Origin: a bacterium
GTDB taxonomy: Bacteria; JAMCPX01
Length of the DNA stretch: 64,000 bases
Reading direction: 5' to 3'
Assembly: GCA_037439545.1 (NCBI GenBank)
Contig: JBBIVV010000004.1
Coordinates: forward strand, 14,887-78,886
This document shows, piece after piece, positions 9,166 through 18,577 of this stretch (within the stretch, counting starts at the first letter, position 1; each line of letters opens with the position of its first letter). Below the pieces are notes generated by a model, which was not told the DNA's origin, ran no database searches, and was given only the letters and a program-made list of their open reading frames with translations. The position numbers and the translations under genes are program-made.

Positions 9166-10755
9166 CTAAGGCATTTGCAGAAGCGTGAATACATGGTCGT
9201 CTACGGCAGCATGGACAGCCTCAACGCTTCTGCCTTCGACGGATACAATGCTTTGAGCCGCTCCGATCTTTTTTAATTCTACGTGTGACCAGGCGGCAGC
9301 GAGCGGCATATTGAGCGCTTTTGCTGCACACTCTTTTGCCGTCCAGACTCTGATGGACGCTTCCAGGCGTCCGAGAGATGATCGTTCGCACAGTGTCTGC
9401 TCGCTTGATTTCATGTAAATATGTGCGCCTTTCAATAGAGTGCCGGTCAGGCGTTCCACGTCTATGCCAACCGGACGATGTCCTCCAACGGCGATAGCGA
9501 AACGGTCATCGTGAGACGCACTGCAGTAAAAATCTTGTTCTCTTCCCGGCAGCATGCACGCCGGGCGTATGCCATCGGGTGCTATTGTTTCTATAAGCTT
9601 CGGATCTTCCGGAACTTCGTTCTTGTAGAGGATACGGGCAAGACGCTTGAGTGCTATCCTCGCTCCTATGTGCTGGTTCCTTTTACGGTGGTGTTGTCTG
9701 AGCCCTGCTTCCAGCTCGCGAGATGACAATATTTTTCCTACAAACGGCAGGATTCCTGCCAGCTCCACGACAGACATTCCTTCGTTTCTCTGTTTTATCG
9801 TCCGGAGATTGTCCTGTTCCGCAGCCTTCACCCACTCGGGCACAATCGTTTTATGTTTGAATATGTCCTTCATTCTCACGCCGAATGTTGCTTCACGGAG
9901 TTCCCCGGCTCTGTCATATATCCATATATCAAAGTCAAGCATGTCCGTCCCGGTCTCTCCTGGAATAACTTTGCAAAAATACGATTCTCCGGCTGCGGTA
10001 GGACGAATAATTGTTCTTTCTGCATATCCCACGGGAAAGGCGACGTAACCGTGATATCGCTGCCCCCATGCACAGGCAACATGAAACGCGGCATCAAGGA
10101 CAAACGGAGAGCCCAAAGGAGGATTGAGCGTGCCGAGATGTGGCGCATGCAGCGATGCCACAGCCCCCTGCCCGGACAGGAGCACTACGCCTGCGGTGTT
10201 GTGGAACGATGGACCAAAAGGTACGAGTTCTTCATAAAGCCTTTCTGCAGGCACAGGAAAACAAATTCCTTCGGCTGCACATGCAGTGTCGAGTGATAAA
10301 GGTATGCGATGGGGTATATCTGAGAATGTTACCCGCACGTGGTCACGCATCCGTGAAATGGTTCCACGTGATGTTCGTACCATGGTACCGAGCGCAGCAG
10401 TCACTGCATCATGCACTTTTGTCTCCATGTCCGTAACTGCTTCCAGAGGAGGCGTTCCGTCAGGCAGAGGAAGAAACCTGAGGAATTCCGCATCCCGGGA
10501 ACCGGACACGCTTTGCCCGGGATAGTGCGCAACGACAGCCTCGGCAAGCCTTTCAAGCGACTCAACCGCCGGATACACCGGCTGTTCCTCTACCCTGTGG
10601 TCTTGAAGATAGGGACGGTTTTCTATCCGGAGCGGCAGGCGTATGCGGGTATTGTTGGTTGGTCCTCTCTCATCATTGATCATAGGTAAGAAGTTTTCTC
10701 CTCTGCTCGTAAAACAAAGTTCCCTTCGATAAACGGGTTTGTCGACTAAAATCAC
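9166..10755 (-). CDS. Fusion protein: PKS-type dehydratase (double hot-dog) domain + Sfp-type 4'-phosphopantetheinyl transferase
   Basis: The N-terminal ~300 aa carry the PKS DH motifs LQDHRVEEQPVYPAVESLE (HxxxGxxxxP-like His motif) and LDAAFH (DxxxH). The C-terminal ~220 aa carry PPTase motifs: FYCSASHDDR, GIDVERL, WTAKECAAKA. GTG start. Confidence 0.65.
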   Translation of the reverse strand: MILVDKPVYRRELCFTSRGENFLPMINDERGPTNNTRIRLPLRIENRPYLQDHRVEEQPVYPAVESLERLAEAVVAHYPGQSVSGSRDAEFLRFLPLPDGTPPLEAVTDMETKVHDAVTAALGTMVRTSRGTISRMRDHVRVTFSDIPHRIPLSLDTACAAEGICFPVPAERLYEELVPFGPSFHNTAGVVLLSGQGAVASLHAPHLGTLNPPLGSPFVLDAAFHVACAWGQRYHGYVAFPVGYAERTIIRPTAAGESYFCKVIPGETGTDMLDFDIWIYDRAGELREATFGVRMKDIFKHKTIVPEWVKAAEQDNLRTIKQRNEGMSVVELAGILPFVGKILSSRELEAGLRQHHRKRNQHIGARIALKRLARILYKNEVPEDPKLIETIAPDGIRPACMLPGREQDFYCSASHDDRFAIAVGGHRPVGIDVERLTGTLLKGAHIYMKSSEQTLCERSSLGRLEASIRVWTAKECAAKALNMPLAAAWSHVELKKIGAAQSIVSVEGRSVEAVHAAVDDHVFTLLQMP

Positions 10756-10761
10756 CTTTAA

Positions 10762-10810
10762 TCCCCCTTAACAGGGGGAGAACCAAAGTGATCCCCCCGG
10801 ACAAGGGGGG
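10762..10810 (-). promoter_or_regulatory. Two tandem GC-rich hairpins; the distal one masks the SD-like AGGGGGA of the DH-PPTase gene
   Basis: Hairpin 1 is TCCCCCT-TAAC-AGGGGGA (10762-10779), a 7-bp perfect stem whose 3' arm sits 6 nt upstream of the GTG start. Hairpin 2 is CCCCCC-GGACAA-GGGGGG (10793-10810). Both lie between the thioesterase stop and the DH-PPTase start. Confidence 0.3.
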
Positions 10811-10939
10811 GCGGGGGGTTCTTTGACGCCGATAGAGTAGCAGTCCACGCAGAATACTATGAAAGCTTTGCAAGCAGTTCATAGGTGTTTTCCTTCGCAT
10901 CGTCAAGAACTTCTTCCCTGTTGTTGAATATCCACAAGA

Positions 10940-11440
10940 TCATTTTTTGAATAAAGGCATTTTTTGGGGGAACGTCTGCCACATATGGACGGTCTTCTTG
11001 TCCACGGCGACCGGCCATCCGGAGGGGCTCATCGCACAATGCTGCGTAAATCCCGAGCATATAAGTTTGCCTGTCTCGGCATGGGCAATGATATAACGGA
11101 ATGCAACCTTGACGCGGGTTATCTCCGCGGGACGGGTGTAGACCCACATGGGATCATCGTAATACAGGGGCGAATGGAACGTCATACCCAGATCTATAAT
11201 AGGATATACATACCCGCTGTCCTCTACTTCTTTGTACGGATACCCTACGTCTCTCATCAAACTTGCACGTCCCAGTTCAAAATACCTCAGGTAATTGGCA
11301 TGGTAAACGACCTCGGACCGGTCCGTATCTGCATAGAGTGTCCGGTTGAATACCTTGTGCCAGATCAATTTGCCCACAGCATCGCGGACAAACGGAGAAT
11401 CCTTGCTTACGGCTTCGGGTTTAAATGGAGCTGGTCTCAT
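10940..11440 (-). CDS. 4HBT-family hot-dog thioesterase (YbgC-like)
   Basis: 166 aa with 4HBT motif ...SEVVYHANYLRYFELGRASL.... Abuts the KS gene stop. Confidence 0.75.
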   Translation of the reverse strand: MRPAPFKPEAVSKDSPFVRDAVGKLIWHKVFNRTLYADTDRSEVVYHANYLRYFELGRASLMRDVGYPYKEVEDSGYVYPIIDLGMTFHSPLYYDDPMWVYTRPAEITRVKVAFRYIIAHAETGKLICSGFTQHCAMSPSGWPVAVDKKTVHMWQTFPQKMPLFKK

Positions 11441-12706
11441 CTATATTCCCCGGAACACGATACAGCAATTCGTGCCGCCGAAACCAAAAGCATTGGACAT
11501 GGCAATTTCAACTTTCTGCTTCCTCGCCTTATTGGGAACAACGTCAATATTATTAAATGCCGGATCCGGAATGTGGTTCATGGTGGGAAGGATGATCCCC
11601 TGCCGCATACCTTCTATAGTCAGGGCGCCTTCTATGGCAGCGGCTGCTCCCAGGGTATGGCCGATTTGAGATTTGTTTGACGAAATCGGAATGTGCTCAA
11701 GAGCACTGCCAAAAACTTCCCGCAGACAATTTATTTCGTTGAGATCGCCCTTTGGCGTAGAAGTGCCGTGGGTATTTACATACTGTATGTCTCCAGATTT
11801 CAGGCCGGCGTCATCAATGGCCTCCCGCATTGCCCGGGTAACCGTCGGTCCGTTCGGCCTGGTGAAATGGTAGGCATCGGATGTCCAGCCAACGCCGATA
11901 ACCTCGGCCATGGGTTTGAGTCCGTAGATCGGGATGGCTTCTTCGGATGCAAGCACCATGGCTCCCGCACCCTCTGACAGCACGAAGCCCTGGCGGTCTA
12001 CGCTGAACGGCCGGGATGCCTGTCCGGGATCATTCCACGCGCGGTCTTTCTCCGTCACTTTTATCGTTGCATTCATGTTGGCAAATCCATGGAGGATCTC
12101 CGGCATGATCGGGGTATCTACACCGCCGGCAAGGACGAAATCGCTGTCTCCGTCTCTTATCATCCTTGCGCCGATACCAATGGCATAGTTTCCTGAAGCA
12201 CATGCAGCCTGCGGGGAAAAGATGGGGCCGGTGAACCCAAGGAGCATACTTGCTTTGCCCGAGGGAAGATTGGCACAAAGGTTGGGGAGAAGGTAATTAC
12301 TGACACTGTTGGGTCCCCTTTCTTTCAAATTGTTCATGGCTGTCCTGTAGGCGTCATGACCGTTGATCGCAGAGCCCATCAGGCATGCAGTCCTTTCTTT
12401 TACGCCGTCAACCATCTCCAATCCGGCATGTGTCAAAGCATCTTTGCATACTGCCATGGTCAGGATTACATACATTGCATTCCATTCCTTGGCTTCTTTC
12501 TCACTGGAAAAGTCCAGTGCCGCAGGGTTCCAATCGGGGATTTCTCCGACCACATTTGCCAGCGTATCCGCCTTGCACCTGGTAGCGCGCCTGAACCCGG
12601 TCTCTCCCTTCACAGCCCTTTTCCATGTTTCTTTCAAAGTCTTTCCCAGCGGTGTTGCCATTGCATACCCTACGACAAAGACCCTTCTATTTTTAGGTGA
12701 TTTCAT
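11441..12706 (-). CDS. Beta-ketoacyl-ACP synthase (FabF/FabB-like KS)
   Basis: 421 aa with active-site Cys (ACASGNYAIG) and the His-His pair (THGTSTPKGD, GHTLGAAAAIEG). Confidence 0.9.
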   Translation of the reverse strand: MKSPKNRRVFVVGYAMATPLGKTLKETWKRAVKGETGFRRATRCKADTLANVVGEIPDWNPAALDFSSEKEAKEWNAMYVILTMAVCKDALTHAGLEMVDGVKERTACLMGSAINGHDAYRTAMNNLKERGPNSVSNYLLPNLCANLPSGKASMLLGFTGPIFSPQAACASGNYAIGIGARMIRDGDSDFVLAGGVDTPIMPEILHGFANMNATIKVTEKDRAWNDPGQASRPFSVDRQGFVLSEGAGAMVLASEEAIPIYGLKPMAEVIGVGWTSDAYHFTRPNGPTVTRAMREAIDDAGLKSGDIQYVNTHGTSTPKGDLNEINCLREVFGSALEHIPISSNKSQIGHTLGAAAAIEGALTIEGMRQGIILPTMNHIPDPAFNNIDVVPNKARKQKVEIAMSNAFGFGGTNCCIVFRGI

Positions 12707-12712
12707 GATTTT

Positions 12713-13963
12713 TTATCCCATTCTGTGAAAAACAACGCAAGCATTACATCCGCCGAACCCGAATGCGTTCTTTAAAACATACTCCTGCTTCAGTGTCCTT
12801 GCAGACCCGGGAACACAGTCCATGCTTATGGAAGGATCCGGGGTATAGTTGATGGTCGGAAGAATTGTGTCCGTCATCATTCCTTCCATGGCAAATATAC
12901 TCTCCAGGGCACTGGATGCGCCCATTGCGTGGCCGATCAGGGATTTGTTGGCACTCACGGGCGGGATTCTATCTCCGAAAATCTCCTTGAGTGCCCTATA
13001 CTCCACCTCATCTCCCACTTTTGTCGATGCTGCATGTGCATTGATGGCGCTGATATCCGGAGGAGCAATACCCGCATGTTTTATGGCACCATTTATGCAT
13101 TGAACAATGGTGTCCTGCCTGGGCGCGACATAGTGTTGGGCATCGGCAGTCATTGCCCATCCTGCGAGCTCCAGGGAATACCTTAATCCGTGAGCCCTCG
13201 CAAATTCAGGCGTCGATAATATGATACACCCGGCACCTTCCGATATTACGAACCCTCGCCTGTTCACGGAAAACGGCCTGCTTGCCGTGGCCGGTGCTTC
13301 AGGCGGTGCCTGCAGGGTGTTTTGATATGCCCCATTCATGGTCGCAAACCCTGCAACGATGCTTTCCACAAGCGGGAAATCCACTGCTCCGCAAATGGCC
13401 ACGTCAGCCATACCGCTCTGCAACATCATGGATCCTATGATCATGGATGTACTTCCGGTAGCACAGGCTGTGACGGTGGTCACTATAGGTCCTGTGGCAT
13501 TGGTCAGTATCGATACCTTGCCTCCCACCATGTTGACACAGGAATTAGGGTTTACATACGGTTTGGGCAATTGTCCGGATTCCACCATTATCCTGTCCGC
13601 ATCGAGAACCGCGTCAATACCGCCGATAGCAGTGCTGAATGTGGTTGCTATTCTGGGCGACAACTCCCCGGTAATTTCCAGATCGATCTTTTTCAACGCA
13701 CGATGGACTACGAGCATTCCGTATTTAAAAATCGGCGATTTCCATTGCACCATGTTTCTGGGGCTCAAAAACGGGTAAGGGGTAACGTCAACATCCGCAA
13801 CCTGTCCTGCAACCTGCACGGGAAATTTTTCTCTTAAGGGAAACCGTGTAAGGGGGCCGATACCACTGCGGCCGTGAGCAGCCTTGTTCCATTGGTCTTC
13901 AAAGTCCGTACCTAACGGAGAAACTGCATCATATCCCAGAACTACAGGCTTCACCGTATTCAT
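12713..13963 (-). CDS. Beta-ketoacyl-ACP synthase (second KS, catalytically intact)
   Basis: 416 aa with Cys motif TACATGSTS and His motifs AHAASTKVGD, GHAMGASSALES. Confidence 0.9.
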   Translation of the reverse strand: MNTVKPVVLGYDAVSPLGTDFEDQWNKAAHGRSGIGPLTRFPLREKFPVQVAGQVADVDVTPYPFLSPRNMVQWKSPIFKYGMLVVHRALKKIDLEITGELSPRIATTFSTAIGGIDAVLDADRIMVESGQLPKPYVNPNSCVNMVGGKVSILTNATGPIVTTVTACATGSTSMIIGSMMLQSGMADVAICGAVDFPLVESIVAGFATMNGAYQNTLQAPPEAPATASRPFSVNRRGFVISEGAGCIILSTPEFARAHGLRYSLELAGWAMTADAQHYVAPRQDTIVQCINGAIKHAGIAPPDISAINAHAASTKVGDEVEYRALKEIFGDRIPPVSANKSLIGHAMGASSALESIFAMEGMMTDTILPTINYTPDPSISMDCVPGSARTLKQEYVLKNAFGFGGCNACVVFHRMG

Positions 13964-14009
13964 AACTTACCCCTTTTATAAAAATTTGCGTTGAGCAAAG
14001 GTTTGCGGA

Positions 14010-15011
14010 TTACCACGGAATGAAACGGTATAATTTTGCAAACATCTCGTAAACTTCGATCCAATTCTGAAAATCCTCGGGGCTACGCATGTGCGCCCGC
14101 TTGTTGACCATAACCCAGCTCATGTGCGCGGCCCCATCTTTGCATGTGGAACAATCCCTGGTGGCAGACGTGCAGCACCGGTGCATTGTCTTGAGATCAG
14201 CCCCATACCGGATAAACCTGATAAGCCGTTTCGGCTGGGGATTGCGGGTATCCATGGGCTCGGTGACCGAAGGGCATTCGCCCCATCCCCATGCGCGGTC
14301 AAGCATTTTCCCTGTTGTGATTATTTTGTGGTAATACTTACTGGAGATTACGGTGTTATCGTATTTTTCCAGCATATAATCCATTTCCTCGCGCACGCTT
14401 TTAAGTATTTCCGGAGTCCATACGAACCCTTCCACGTCTTCATCGTTCGAAAATAACTGGAGGTGGACTTTGAGCCCGGCGTCCTTTATTTTTTTAACAA
14501 TACGTTCAATCGTGCCGGTCCCGACCTGTTTGGGTGTTATGGTGTACAGATAGTACGTGTAAGGGTCGCCCTCATAATTTTTCAGCGATATGCCGAACGT
14601 GTTCTTACCGCGCAGCACTTTCTCTTCGCTCTCGTCTCCCCACAGGGAGATTCCGACCATCATGTCCGGAAACCTGCTCCTTGGAATTTTGATCAGACCG
14701 TTTGTCGCACAATAGGTGGGAATACGCCGGTAAAACGCTTCAATCCTGTCAAGGAACAGCGTTGGTTCGCCTCCGATCAATATTGCCAGGTTCACGCCCC
14801 TTTCCTTCTCCTTATCGACAAACTCTTCCCATCTATGGATATCGGACTCTTCTTCCAGTTTGTGCTCGTCCGAAGAAAAGAAGAAACAGCCTTTACATCT
14901 CAGGTTACACTTGTTCGTCATGTCGTAGATGGAACTGCGTATGTTGAGATTGGAAATGGCGTTATACCGTTTTTTCCATTCTCCGTCTATAAGCGTACTT
15001 ACCGTGTGCAT
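14010..15011 (-). CDS. Radical SAM protein with C-terminal Cys cluster (SPASM/twitch-like)
   Basis: Cx3Cx2C motif (CNLRCKGC) near the N-terminus, glycine-rich SAM motif (ILIGGEPTL), C-terminal CCTSATRDCSTCKD cluster. Paralog of 15692-16780. Confidence 0.8.
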   Translation of the reverse strand: MHTVSTLIDGEWKKRYNAISNLNIRSSIYDMTNKCNLRCKGCFFFSSDEHKLEEESDIHRWEEFVDKEKERGVNLAILIGGEPTLFLDRIEAFYRRIPTYCATNGLIKIPRSRFPDMMVGISLWGDESEEKVLRGKNTFGISLKNYEGDPYTYYLYTITPKQVGTGTIERIVKKIKDAGLKVHLQLFSNDEDVEGFVWTPEILKSVREEMDYMLEKYDNTVISSKYYHKIITTGKMLDRAWGWGECPSVTEPMDTRNPQPKRLIRFIRYGADLKTMHRCCTSATRDCSTCKDGAAHMSWVMVNKRAHMRSPEDFQNWIEVYEMFAKLYRFIPW

Positions 15012-15027
15012 GTAATCTTTTTTTACC

Positions 15028-15618
15028 TCAGCGGGTACTTCTTATTGCATGATCAAACCCTCTGTCCTCCAATATTGCACGTACCATTTTATCGATCATC
15101 TTGTATGCCCGCTTCTCAAGAAGTCCGGAATCGGTCGTCACTGCCGGCTCCATGGTTACGGTAAAACGCTTCTGGAAGGATGCACCTTTGCCGTGCACGC
15201 TGACCATATACTGGAACTGCTGGTCCGTAATGGACTCCAGTGTGATGTCTACCTCCGGGGCATTTGACGCCTGATCCATGCTATGCACCTCAAGTCCTGC
15301 ACTCTGAAAGGCCTTTTGAATGCAATACCAGAAATACGATGTCAGACTCGGCCAGCTCTCATAGGTCATGGAGCCCTGAGGATTATAGTAATACCACATG
15401 GTCGTATTGTTCGCCTGGTTGTCTATGTTGGCGAGATATATCGACTTTCCGCGATAGCCCGGGAATGTCCTTCCGAGCTCCGGCATATAATTGTTCTGCG
15501 TGATCTCTACCTTTGCAGAGCCGCCATTGATTCCGCGCCTGCAACCTCCTGCAACTGCGATCATAAGAATGGTTATCGTACCTATCCATGCAACTACTCT
15601 GAACGTGTTATTCCGCAT
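15028..15618 (-). CDS. Lipoprotein, unknown function
   Basis: Signal peptide with lipobox (IAVAGGC); 196 aa, no recognisable domain. Confidence 0.5.
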   Translation of the reverse strand: MRNNTFRVVAWIGTITILMIAVAGGCRRGINGGSAKVEITQNNYMPELGRTFPGYRGKSIYLANIDNQANNTTMWYYYNPQGSMTYESWPSLTSYFWYCIQKAFQSAGLEVHSMDQASNAPEVDITLESITDQQFQYMVSVHGKGASFQKRFTVTMEPAVTTDSGLLEKRAYKMIDKMVRAILEDRGFDHAIRSTR

Positions 15619-15691
15619 TCTTTTCTCCTTTAGATTTAATCGATATTTTTGTTTTGAAAAAATTCCATTGTTTCACCGACGGCAGCTCGCA

Positions 15692-16780
15692 TCAAAAACC
15701 CGGGGGCTGCTGCATATGAGAACACAGGTTCTCTCCCTTCTCATATCCCTTGACCCAGACGGCAAGGTACGTATCTACATAATCAAGCCATGATTTAAAG
15801 ATGTCCGGGTCCCCTGTGTGTCTGTTGAGCTTCGAGGTAACTATAGAACTCCCTGCGGCATAATGCCTGCAATCATCGCACACCGTGTCCGGCACGCAGC
15901 ATGCAGCACTTCTGTCCCACGTAAGATCAGTCCTGTACTGCCGGAATGACCTGCCGAGTCCTAATGCAGTGGATGAATTCATGCGTGGATAGGGACATGA
16001 GAATAATCGATACAGACTGCTCCTGTGGGTATGCACCGTGGCACTATATTTTGAAAACAGTACGGCCCCCGGGTATTTTTCCAACAGATCTATCATTACA
16101 TGGCGGGCTTTATCCAGCGTTTCCGGCGTATGCAATAGATTTCCTGAGTAGTCCATCGGTGCTGAAAACATATTGAACGTAAATTTACAATCATTTGACG
16201 CCAGTATGTCTGCGACCTCATAGGCTTCATCGATTGTATTCCTGCAGAAAGTGTATACGAATACCGCACGCGGGTCACCGGCATAATTATCGATTTGTTT
16301 TTTGAGCAGGTTCCCGGCTTTTCTTACTCTGCGGCTGGTCTCATCATTACCCCATACCGAGATGTGTATCTTGTATCCGACTGATTCCGGTATACGTTTG
16401 AGTCCGTTTGTAGCTATGCACCCTAACGGGATTTCCCCATAGCACGCGTGCAGCAGATCCGGGACGAGGGACGGCTCGGCACCGGCGAGAACAACGAATG
16501 TTATGCCCCTTTCTTTTTCCTTCCGGAAGAGGTCGCGCCATGCCTGCGGGTCGAGATTTTCCCGTGCAAATTGTTTTTCTCCGTTATAGTAGTAGCATCC
16601 GTCGCACCGCATGTTGCACCTCGTGGCCATGTCATACGTGGATTCCCGTAAAAAAAAGTATTTCCTGACCTTTTCCCAACGTTCCCGCACACGTGTATCC
16701 TCAAGAAGGTCTGCGAATTTCCATTCTTTTGTCAATGGTAAAGGGTCATGAAGGCTTAATGCTGCATTATCCGATTTCAT
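15692..16780 (-). CDS. Radical SAM protein with C-terminal Cys cluster (paralog of 14010-15011)
   Basis: CNMRCDGC Cx3Cx2C motif, VLAGAEPSL, C-terminal CCVPDTVCDDCRHY cluster. Start chosen at the internal ATG (MKSDNAAL) preceded by GAGGGA; the ORF track extends to 16873. Confidence 0.8.
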   Translation of the reverse strand: MKSDNAALSLHDPLPLTKEWKFADLLEDTRVRERWEKVRKYFFLRESTYDMATRCNMRCDGCYYYNGEKQFARENLDPQAWRDLFRKEKERGITFVVLAGAEPSLVPDLLHACYGEIPLGCIATNGLKRIPESVGYKIHISVWGNDETSRRVRKAGNLLKKQIDNYAGDPRAVFVYTFCRNTIDEAYEVADILASNDCKFTFNMFSAPMDYSGNLLHTPETLDKARHVMIDLLEKYPGAVLFSKYSATVHTHRSSLYRLFSCPYPRMNSSTALGLGRSFRQYRTDLTWDRSAACCVPDTVCDDCRHYAAGSSIVTSKLNRHTGDPDIFKSWLDYVDTYLAVWVKGYEKGENLCSHMQQPPGF

Positions 16781-16935
16781 TATATTTGTGTCCCTCAAAA
16801 AAATTACACGTCTGCGGGTTATTGTCAAGACTTTGTAATTGTTGTTAATTGAACGGGTGAAACAGTTGCACACACGGTGATCGATCTGAAAATAGTGTAA
16901 AAGGATGAAGAGTTTTTCGGTTTAATACAGAGAAC

Positions 16936-17679
16936 CTATTTCAGGACGTCTATAACCGCGTGCCCTCTGAGTATCAGGTCATTATGCACCTCGATAAACC
17001 ACGGCATAGTGGGTGCGGTCATGCCGAAATCGGTGAATCGGGCATTGATTTTTGCCGAGACTGCAAACTCATTATTTCCCGTCTTATTGAAAGATACGGT
17101 AGTATCGAAATCTTTCGATCCCCCTGCTACCGAAAGCCTTCCGGTCACATGAATTTCACCCTTATCCCCGTGGAGAGCGTTGAGGATGTCCTCTTTTAGT
17201 TTTCCCCGTACCTGTATATCTCCCGCTTCTGCACGCAAGACCAGGGGAGAGTCTCCTTTGTCCGGGACAAGAATATCAACGGTCATATCCTGCAGGCTGG
17301 TCATCATGGCAGTGTTTTTCTCTGCCGGTCCCAGAATTTTTGACAGCGGCTCTCCGTCTATGTTCAAAACCTCAAAGGTTATTTCCGGATAGGTCCCTGA
17401 TTTCAAATACAATGTCTTCACCGACCAGTCCCTCATCGGCTTGTCGGTTTTGAATCCTGCAGCATCGATCATGAGCTTTGCCTGCACATGTTCAGGGGAA
17501 GCAAGCACGTTGATTGAAAGGCCGTCATTTTGTCCAATAACTGTTTTTAATGCAGACCCGAGATTCGTTTCGTGTGCTTCGTACGAAACAGACGCTTTTG
17601 TAACCCGGAATTCTATAATGGGTCTTTGCTGAGCTGCAATAAGCATTGAATGAAGTACTATACCTGCGAGTAAAACCAT
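16936..17679 (-). CDS. Secreted YceI-like lipid/polyisoprenoid-binding protein
   Basis: Signal peptide; KLMIDAAGFKTDKPMRDWSVKTLYLKSGTYPEITFEV resembles the YceI family core. Assignment by eye only. Confidence 0.45.
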   Translation of the reverse strand: MVLLAGIVLHSMLIAAQQRPIIEFRVTKASVSYEAHETNLGSALKTVIGQNDGLSINVLASPEHVQAKLMIDAAGFKTDKPMRDWSVKTLYLKSGTYPEITFEVLNIDGEPLSKILGPAEKNTAMMTSLQDMTVDILVPDKGDSPLVLRAEAGDIQVRGKLKEDILNALHGDKGEIHVTGRLSVAGGSKDFDTTVSFNKTGNNEFAVSAKINARFTDFGMTAPTMPWFIEVHNDLILRGHAVIDVLK

Positions 17680-17853
17680 ATACCTTTACCTCCCTTTTGC
17701 CCCGTCGGAAGTTTAACCATCCGCACCTGTCTGCCTTTGCGGAAGATGCCCTCCGGCTAAAACCTTTTCACGGGGTTTACAATCTTTTCCACTCATATTA
17801 AGTATAGTATGCATGATTGATAAATCAAGGGTAAAATAAGCACGCACTGCGGC

Positions 17854-18426
17854 TTAAGAATTGGATTTGTTTTCCCGAACGTATTTTTCAAGACTTCTGT
17901 ATAAGGTGTTCGTATTTTGTTCAACAAGTGAAAACAGAATCTTCGAGATTTCATCGTTTATCTTGCTTATGAGCGCCGCGGGAACAAGAGGATAATTTAA
18001 GAAATTAACAGTAATCTCGCCCTGTGCCGTTATTACCGTATATTCGCCGTCCGTCGAGTATATGTCTTTGCCGGAAACCTTGATGTATTCCTTAAAAACG
18101 AATGGTTCATACGTCCAGTTGCATACATAAGTATCATTGTACCACTCGGCAATGTCAAGCCATGCCATATCTGGCACCTTTATTACCTGGCCTATGATAT
18201 CGGGCAATATGTGCTTACCCTGCCATTTACTTGTAATATAGGTTATATCGCCCTTATTTTTTCTTTCGAGTATTATCATGTTTACAATGTTCGGCATATA
18301 GACCACCAACTTGTCGAGGTCATCCCGCACGGTCTCATAAGCAACGTGCATGGGTAAAGCAATTTTCACCGAATGTTCAAAATGCATATAATGAGACATG
18401 TAACAGGAATCGTATGCCGGCGTCAA
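17854..18426 (-). CDS. Hypothetical protein (190 aa); first gene of the minus-strand cluster block
   Basis: ORF in operon position immediately downstream of the divergent promoter region; no confident family. Confidence 0.4.
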   Translation of the reverse strand: MTPAYDSCYMSHYMHFEHSVKIALPMHVAYETVRDDLDKLVVYMPNIVNMIILERKNKGDITYITSKWQGKHILPDIIGQVIKVPDMAWLDIAEWYNDTYVCNWTYEPFVFKEYIKVSGKDIYSTDGEYTVITAQGEITVNFLNYPLVPAALISKINDEISKILFSLVEQNTNTLYRSLEKYVRENKSNS

Positions 18427-18577
18427 GTGCCTTTGGAAAGAAAAATATAATTTGCAAGATTCGGAATAATTTGTAATAATTCAAAAAATTATGTTATAGC
18501 ATCACCTGCTCAAAGCTCATAACAAAAAGGAGATTTATGTTTTTAAGAATAAAAAATAAAACCAGGAACTGCGCTCT

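Noticed and set aside
10673-10906. 77-aa minus-strand ORF covering the GC hairpins
   Set aside because: Its Pro/Gly/Arg-rich translation is just the poly-G/C hairpin sequence read as codons. It also overlaps the DH-PPTase start. Interpreted as regulatory RNA structure, not coding.
10964-11680. 238-aa ORF on the plus strand across the thioesterase/KS genes
   Set aside because: Entirely antisense to two well-supported minus-strand genes (4HBT thioesterase, KS with intact catalytic triad); no recognisable domain. Treated as a shadow ORF.
14463-15164. 233-aa plus-strand ORF antisense to radical SAM gene 14010-15011
   Set aside because: Overlaps a gene with clear Cx3Cx2C and SAM-binding motifs on the opposite strand; composition-driven shadow ORF.
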